Assembly (NCBI RefSeq): GCF_001194135.2
Contig: NC_068996.1
Location: 33,314,940 to 33,355,047, forward strand
DNA: 40,108 nt
Direction of reading: 5' to 3'
Source: Octopus bimaculoides
Taxonomy: Eukaryota
Made by a program: the position numbers and the translations under genes. Positions 33,541 through 40,108 of the stretch are shown piece by piece. The notes beneath the pieces were generated by a model. The model saw nothing but the letters and a program-made list of their open reading frames with translations. It did no database searches and was not told where the DNA came from. The stretch's first letter is position 1. Each line of letters starts with the position of its first letter.

Positions 33541-34447
33541 GTTTTAACAACATCAATAATTATAATGATTGTAATGATAATAATGTGAAATACCAGGTTA
33601 GTGTCTGGCAGGGTTAAGTCTGCCTCAAGGGATGAGAATGTCCCTTTAGCCTTGGTTAGCAGCCCCTGTAGAGATTGTGTCTCAATAAAAACACTGATGG
33701 TTGTGTCACATTATCATAATCCTCATGATTGAAAATATGAAATACAAGGTATTATACAATGGCATGTGTGCTAACAGGACTGGAACTGTTAATGGTGATG
33801 GTGTCATGCACAGTAGGGAGTGTCTGATCAAGCTCTGGTAGGTCATCATCAAGATCAGGATCAGAATTGAAGTCAAAAGTGCAGAAGGAAAACAATGAAA
33901 TAGGAAAAAGAGGTAAAAAAGATTGTAATTGAATGCTGGCTGAGAAGTGAGCCAAATAAAAGGGGTTTAATGAAACAAATGAAGAGAATATGTGATGAAA
34001 AAGGAGTTTTTGAAGCATCTACCCAGTGACCAGGCAAGGGCAATTCATAAGAATGACTGGATTACAGGACTAGGAGTTGAAAAAATCCAGAGAAGAATAA
34101 AAAATGAGAAGGAAGAGAGAAAAATAGCAGTAACAGAAAGTAGTAATAAAGGGGTAAGAGATGCAGAATATGAAAGAGAAGAAAATTACTATGTGCCTGA
34201 GATTGCTGATGAAGTAAATAACGAAGATCTAGTTGGACAAGTGACAGTAAATGCTGCTCAAGACTTGAATGATGAAAAGGAGGCAATTCTAGAAATGTTG
34301 CGAGGTAAAATGTGTGATGGGAACAATGAAGTACCACCAAATGTAAGATATATGGACAGAGGGAAAGAAGGGAGAGTCACAGGCAAAGTAAATGGCATTT
34401 TGAGCTTGGTTAAAATAGAATATTAGTGAAACAAACCAGCTAATTAT

Positions 34448-34830
34448 TGTTGGCACTCCATCGCTTACGACGTCGGGGGTTCTAGTTGATCCGATCAATG
34501 GAACAGCCTGCTCGTGAAATTGACATGCAAGTGGCTGAGCACTCCACAGACACGTGTACTCTTAACGTAGTTCTCGGGGATATTCAGCATGACACAGTGT
34601 GACAAGGCTGACCCTTTGAATTACAGGCATAACAGAAACAGGAAGTAAGAGTGAGAGAAAGTTGTGGTGAAAGAGTACAGCAGGGTTCGCCACCATCCCC
34701 TGTCGGAGCCTCGTGGAGCTTTAGGTGTTTTCGCTCAATAAACACTCACAACGCCCGGTCTGGGAATCGAAATCGCAATCCTATGACCGTGAGTCCGCTG
34801 CCCTAACCACTGGACCATTGCGCCTCCACT
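34448..34830 (-). mobile_element. Full-length tRNA-derived SINE (family F) with 11-bp TSD
   Basis: TSD cagctaattat (34437-34447 and 34831-34841). Minus-strand A box TGGTCCAGTGG and B box-like TTCGATTCC. Confidence 0.9.
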
Positions 34831-34994
34831 CAGCTAATTATAGATACTGCTAATGCTGTAGCTGACTTAGTAGGATACAAGTGGAAAACTGAAGAAATGA
34901 AAGGAAATGAAAAGAAAGAACCAAACTGGAAGAAGAGAATACGAATGAAGTTGGAAAAGACACTGAAAGAACTGGGGCAATTGAATAAGATAAT

Positions 34995-35206
34995 CTTTTC
35001 TACTCTAGACACAAGGCCCAAAATTTAGGGGGAGGGACCAGTTGATTAGATCGACCCTAGTACGCAACTGGTATTTAATTTATCAACCCCGAAAAGATGA
35101 AAGGCAAAGTTGACCTCAGCAGAATTTGAACTCAGAACGTAATGACAGACAAAATACTGTTAAGCATTTTGCTTGGTGTGCTAACGTTTCTGCCAGCTCA
35201 CCACCT
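34995..35206 (-). mobile_element. SINE family B with 14-bp TSD
   Basis: TSD ttgaataagataat (34981-34994 and 35207-35220). Confidence 0.9.
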
Positions 35207-35861
35207 TTGAATAAGATAATAAGAGGAGAATTCAAAAAAGAAGTAGTAACCAGAAAATTGAATGGACAGTACAAAATAGAAGAATGGGGAAAACAAACAG
35301 TTCATGAAGAATTGTCATAAAGGGTGATAGCATTAAAGGCCAAATTGAAAAGATATGATGGTAGATGCAAAAGTTTCAAACAGAATAGACTGTTCCAATC
35401 AAATAGAAGACAATCTTTTTGAGGAAATAGAGGGACCAACATCAGAAACTGATTCCTGATGCAGAAGAAAGTAAAATAGTTTGGGGAGAACTGTGGAATA
35501 GGCCAGGAAAACATAAAGAAAGTGCAGAGTGGCTGACACAGGTGGAAAGACAACTTGCAACTGTGCTAAGACAAAAAAAAACAAACATCAGAATTGATCT
35601 CTATACAGTGAGATTGTAGTAAAAAAAAAAAATAGCAAATTGGAAAGGACCTGGCCCAGATGGAGTACAAGGCTATTGGCTAGAAAACTTTACACAGTTG
35701 CATGAAAGGATTGCTGCACAACTGGATGACAAGTCGATGAATGCAGTTACGTCTCAAGGATCCCTTGAAAGGTAACTTAGCATCAAGTTTTTGACCTATA
35801 ACCTGTTTACCACTTTATGTGGAAGCTTATGATCAGAAAAACTATATAATCATCTAGAAAG

Positions 35862-36146
35862 TGTAGCGGTAGATAGATAGTTGAGTGATTTAACTTTGCA
35901 AAAATTTTGAGATGTGATTCTTAATTATTCAAGAAGCTTGGCGTTTCTCTTGGAAGTCTCTAGAATATCTAGCATTTCATTAATAAAAACAGCATGCTAA
36001 CCCAGCTTTTCGCTTCTTAGTCAATTAGACTTAGAGTCATTCATGTTCTTGCTATATACATCTATTTCTCTGTGCCCTATAGCAGATATGACTGAAAGCC
36101 ACTACTTTGCTGTTGTTCTACATTTCCTGTCTCTGCACTTTCTACA
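35862..36146. mobile_element. Candidate solo LTR (285 bp)
   Basis: TGTAG...CTACA termini; contains AATAAA; no similarity to R4 copy e; no TSD. Confidence 0.45.
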
Positions 36147-36316
36147 TAGAGCTTCTACAAAAAGTTTGCCTCTTAGGGACAGGAAAGATTATCAGGAGGG
36201 TTCTAAGCACTTAAAAGACTATTAAAAGCTAGTTGATACCTTAGGTTACAGGTAGTAACCTGCTATACACATAAATCCTATCAGGAATAAGACCAAACCT
36301 GAGACAAATCAATCAG

Positions 36317-36325
36317 TAATACTAT

Positions 36326-36415
<90 letters not shown>

Positions 36416-36456
36416 TGATGATGATGATAATGATAATAATAATGATAATGATAATA

Positions 36457-36488
<32 letters not shown>
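36317..36488. repeat. Compound microsatellite (ACT)n-(AAT)n-(GAT)n
   Basis: Direct reading. Confidence 0.95.
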
Positions 36489-39093
36489 ATCTGTGCCGCG
36501 AGGACCAAAGACTTGAAGTATTTTGTGTTGCAAGACAGTGTGTGAGGGAGAATCGTGATGTCGTAGGAGAGAAATGTGTCCGCTTGGATGATGGTTCACT
36601 TGCACTAAATGAGGCTGCAAAGAGAGAGGTTTGGAGACACTATGAAAGGTTGCTCAATAAATAAAATGAATGGGAGAAAGAGAGTCTGCCGAATGTCGAC
36701 CCAACAGAGGGACCAGCAATTCGAGTTGACAGTACCATGGTAGATAAAGCTATTAAGAGTATGAAAACAGGGAAAGCCCCTGGCCCTTCAGGAATCACTG
36801 CAGAGATGCTCAAAATATCTGGCAGTGTCGGCTATAGTCTAGTCACCCGTATTGTTAACCAGGTGATACACGAAGGAGTCATACCCAATGGCTGGTGTAG
36901 CAGCACCATAGTCAACTGCTACAAAGGTAAAGGTGATGCTTTAGATACAAATAATTACAGAGGTATCAAGTTGTTGGACCAGGTAATGAAGATCAAGAAG
37001 AGGGTCATAGCCCAACAAATTAGGGAGAGAGTCAGTTTAGATGAGATGCAGTTTGGGTTCGTGCCAGGGAAAAGCACCACTGATGCTATATTTCTGGTAA
37101 GACAGCTGCAGGAGAAATACCTAGCCAAAGATAAACCTCTGTACCTGGCTTTCGTTGACATGGAGAAAGCCTTTGACAGGGTCCCCCGAACCCTCATCTG
37201 GTGGTCAATAAGTAAACTAGGGATAGAAGAATGGTTAGTGAGAGCTGTGCGAGCCATGTACAGAGATGCTGTCAGTAAGGTGCGGGTTGGCAACGAGTAC
37301 AGTGAAGAATTCCAGGTAGAGGTGGGGGTCCACCAAGGTTCAGTCCTCAGCCCTCTCCTATTTATCATAGTCCTCTAGGCAATAACACAGGAATTCAAGA
37401 CAGGATGCCCCTGAGAGCTCCTCTATTCTGATGACCTTGCCCTAATTGCTGAGTCACTATCAGAACTAGAGGAGAAGTTTCAGGTGTGGAAGCAAGGACT
37501 AGAATCGAAGGGCCTTAGAGTCAACCTAGCTAAAACCAAAGTCCTAATAAGTAGGAAGGTAGACAAAACACAAACCTCTTCAAGTAGATGGCCCTGCTCA
37601 ATCTGTAGAAAAGGCGTAGGTAAAAACTCCATAAGATGTACCAAGTGTAAGCTATGGACATATAAGAGGTGCAGCAATATCAAAGGAAGGCTAACTAGCA
37701 AGATAGTTTTTGTATGTGGCAGATGCCCAGAAGCAATAAACATTGAGAATGTGCAGAAAACAACCTTTGCCACATTCCAGGGAGAAAAACTAGAAGTAGT
37801 TGATAACTTCTGCTACCTAGGTGACCAAGTTTGTAGTGGGGGAGGGTGCACTGAAAGTATAGCTGCTAGAATAAGAATAGCTTGGGCAAAGTTTAGAGAG
37901 CTCTTACCTCTGCTGGTGACAAAGGGCCTCTCACTTAGAGTAAAAGTATGATGCATGTGTATGAACAGCCATGCTACATGGCAGTGAAACATAGGCCCTG
38001 ACTGCTGAGGACATGTTTAAGCTTGTAAGAAACGAAGCCAGTATTCTCCGATTGATGTGTAATGTCAGTGTGCATACTCGATAGAGTGTAAGTACCTTGA
38101 GAGAAAAGTTGAACCTAAGAGGCATCAGTTGTGGTGTGCAAGAGAGACAATTGCGCTGATATGGACATGTGGCAAGAATGAATGAGGATAGCTGTGTGAA
38201 AAAGTGTCACACCCTAGCAGTTGTGGAAACCTGTGGAAGAGGTAGACCCAGAAAGACCTGGGATGAGGTGGTGAAGGACGACTTTCGAACTTTAGGCCTC
38301 ACCAAGGCAATGACCAGTGACCGGGACCTTTGGAAATATGCAGTACATGAGAAGACCCAGCAAGCCAAGTGAGAGCATAATCTGTGACCTCTGCCAGAAG
38401 TGTAGCCAGCTCACTAATTCGTATCTTTACTTCATTGGACACTGAAAACTCTGCTTGCGAAGACCTGTTGAGGCAAGTGAATTTGGAATTTGAAATCTGA
38501 AATCAAAATCGAACCGAACCCGATGACTGGCACCCATGCCAACCTCTCCTTCATTGGACACTAAACTCTGCTTGTGAAGACCTGTTGGGGCAAGTGAAAT
38601 CGAAATCATAATTGAACCATACTCGTTGACTGGCACCTGCACCAGTGGAGTACTAACAGCACTGTCCGAGGATGTTCATTGCCAGAGCAGCTGTCTGGCT
38701 TCCGTGCTAGTGGCCCATAAATAGCACCATTTGAGCATATTCGTTACCAGCGTTGCCTTCTAGCACTTGTGCTGGTGGCACGTTAGAAAATCATTCGAGC
38801 GAGGTTATATCCAGTGCTACTGGACTGGTTCCCATGCAGGTGGCACGTAAAAAAACACCTTTTTGATCATGGCCATTGCTAGTACTGTGTGACTAGCCCT
38901 CGTGCCGGAGGCATGTAAAAGCACCCACTACACTCTCGGAGTGGTTGGCGTTAGGAATGGCATCCAGCTGTAGAAACTCTGCCAGATCAGATTGGAGCCT
39001 GGTGCAGCCTTGTGGCTTGCCAGTCCTCAGTCAAATCATCCAACCCATGCTAGCATGGAAAGCGGATGTTAAACGATGATGATGATGATGATG
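36489..39093 (+). mobile_element. RTE-clade LINE, 5'-truncated (no APE domain), with RT, PHD-type finger, 3' UTR and (GAT)n tail
   Basis: KAPGPSGITAEMLK, NYRGIKLL, FGFVPGKSTTDAIF, GVHQGSVLSPLLF, LYSDDL; homologous to 12083-14480 (minus). Confidence 0.93.
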
Positions 39094-39099
39094 AATAAA

Positions 39100-39601
39100 A
39101 TCTTAACTGATTGGAAGTGTTATCATGTACATTGTTTTGTCTTGGTATAAAAGATGGGCTACAGCAAATACTCTGCACAATACCACAGTTGTTTGACCTT
39201 AAACAGTTGAGCATGTCCTTTGGTGGCTAACGATATATGCATCTCTGATTATGAGCAGAAGTAGTAGGGGAGCATTATGGCCATGTGTCGAGAGGACTTC
39301 TTTGGGATTTGAATAATTCACCTCTGGAAACATGAGTGTTTCATTCAAAATCCTTAAACAATCCTTATTCAAGGACCATTTGAGTGGGATGGGCTACTTG
39401 ACCTGAAAAAAATTCTAACCAAGCCCCACTTGCAACGTTATGCGGTGTTTGTCTTGATATGAGATCACCATGTCACGGATATATGGTTGTGATGCATGTG
39501 CCTGCTGTACCCTTATCAGACGGGTAGTCATGATGGGTAGAATGGGCTTCGTATATTTTACCCCAGTGTCACTTTGATGGCATGCTCTGCTCTCTCACTC
39601 A
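39100..39601 (+). mobile_element. Family D retroposon copy
   Basis: Aligns with 19921-20411 and is followed by (ACT)n. Confidence 0.8.
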
Positions 39602-39602
39602 G

Positions 39603-39653
<51 letters not shown>

Positions 39654-39820
39654 AACTACTACTACTACTACTACTACTAATAATAATAATAATAAGAAGA
39701 AGAAGAAGAAGAAGAAGTTCTTCATGCGTGACCAGTAAACAAGTATCACCTTAGTCTGCAGGCTGTGAACAGCTGACACTTTTCATCATTCCCAGCAAAA
39801 TAAGCTGTGAGTTTTCACCA

Positions 39821-39864
<44 letters not shown>
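39602..39864. repeat. Compound microsatellite (ACT)n-(AAT)n-(AGA)n, ~100 bp unique spacer, then (AAT)n
   Basis: Direct reading. Confidence 0.9.
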
Positions 39865-39866
<2 letters not shown>

Positions 39867-40108
39867 GCTTGAAATCAGAAACAGAGGGGTTTATCATAGC
39901 AGCCCAAGATCAATGCCTACCTACAAAGAACTACCAGGCCAACATATTAAAGAACGGCAGCTCCCCATTATGTCGTATATGCCAACAACAAAATGAGACC
40001 ATCGATCATGTTGTCTCCATGTGCAGTCTGCTTGCACCTACAGAGTATCTCAACAAGCATGATAGAGCTGCACAATATATTCACTGGGTAATATGCAAAA
40101 ACCTGGAC
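39865..40108 (+). mobile_element. R4/Dong-like LINE fragment g (same family as b), running off the window end
   Basis: GLKSETEGFIIAAQDQCLPTKNYQANILKNGSSPLCRICQQQNETIDHVVSMCSLLAPTEYLNKHDRAAQYIHWVICK; starts directly after (AAT)n. Confidence 0.88.

Larger units (their letters stand above)
33585..36316 (+). mobile_element. R4/Dong-like LINE copy f (same family as e); RT region lost; three internal insertions
   Basis: Collinear with copy e from the 5' UTR to the RT start (~35860) and again from ~36147 to the 3' end (acctgagacaaa). Confidence 0.85.

Noticed and set aside
34755-34830. tRNA gene (also 16960-17033)
   Set aside because: These are tRNA-derived SINE heads attached to long bodies, with a TSD for family F; no intact acceptor stem.
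36281-36620. Poly-Ile/Val/Leu/Ser hydrophobic ORFs (also 16955-17137, 39558-39779)
   Set aside because: They are translations of trinucleotide microsatellites.

Overview
Eukaryotic, AT-rich scaffold window made almost entirely of decayed and nested transposable elements, with four N-gaps (2544-3162, 7630-8000, 14073-14236, 19196-19373). No intact host gene, RNA gene or CRISPR array is visible. The repeat repertoire looks like an octopus/cephalopod genome (inference from my recollection of the SINE/RTE families; not verified). Layout: (1) a long inverted-repeat element at 1-2543; (2) a minus-strand Ty3/gypsy (Mag-like) LTR retrotransposon at 5077-~11760 with its 3' LTR and PPT, split by an RTE 3' fragment, a Helitron and a 776-bp palindromic DNA element carrying head-to-head telomeric repeats; (3) a near-full-length RTE LINE with a PHD-type finger; (4) a Penelope-like RT fragment; (5) a four-level nest (unclassified retroposon > piggyBac > foldback element > Helitron with a telomere-like tract); (6) seven co-oriented R4/Dong-like LINE fragments mostly tied to (AAT)n tracts of one polarity, plus a second RTE and many SINEs. 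All coding regions are pseudogenised. Coordinates were counted by eye. Junctions with a stated TSD are exact to about 1-2 bp; other boundaries are approximate.
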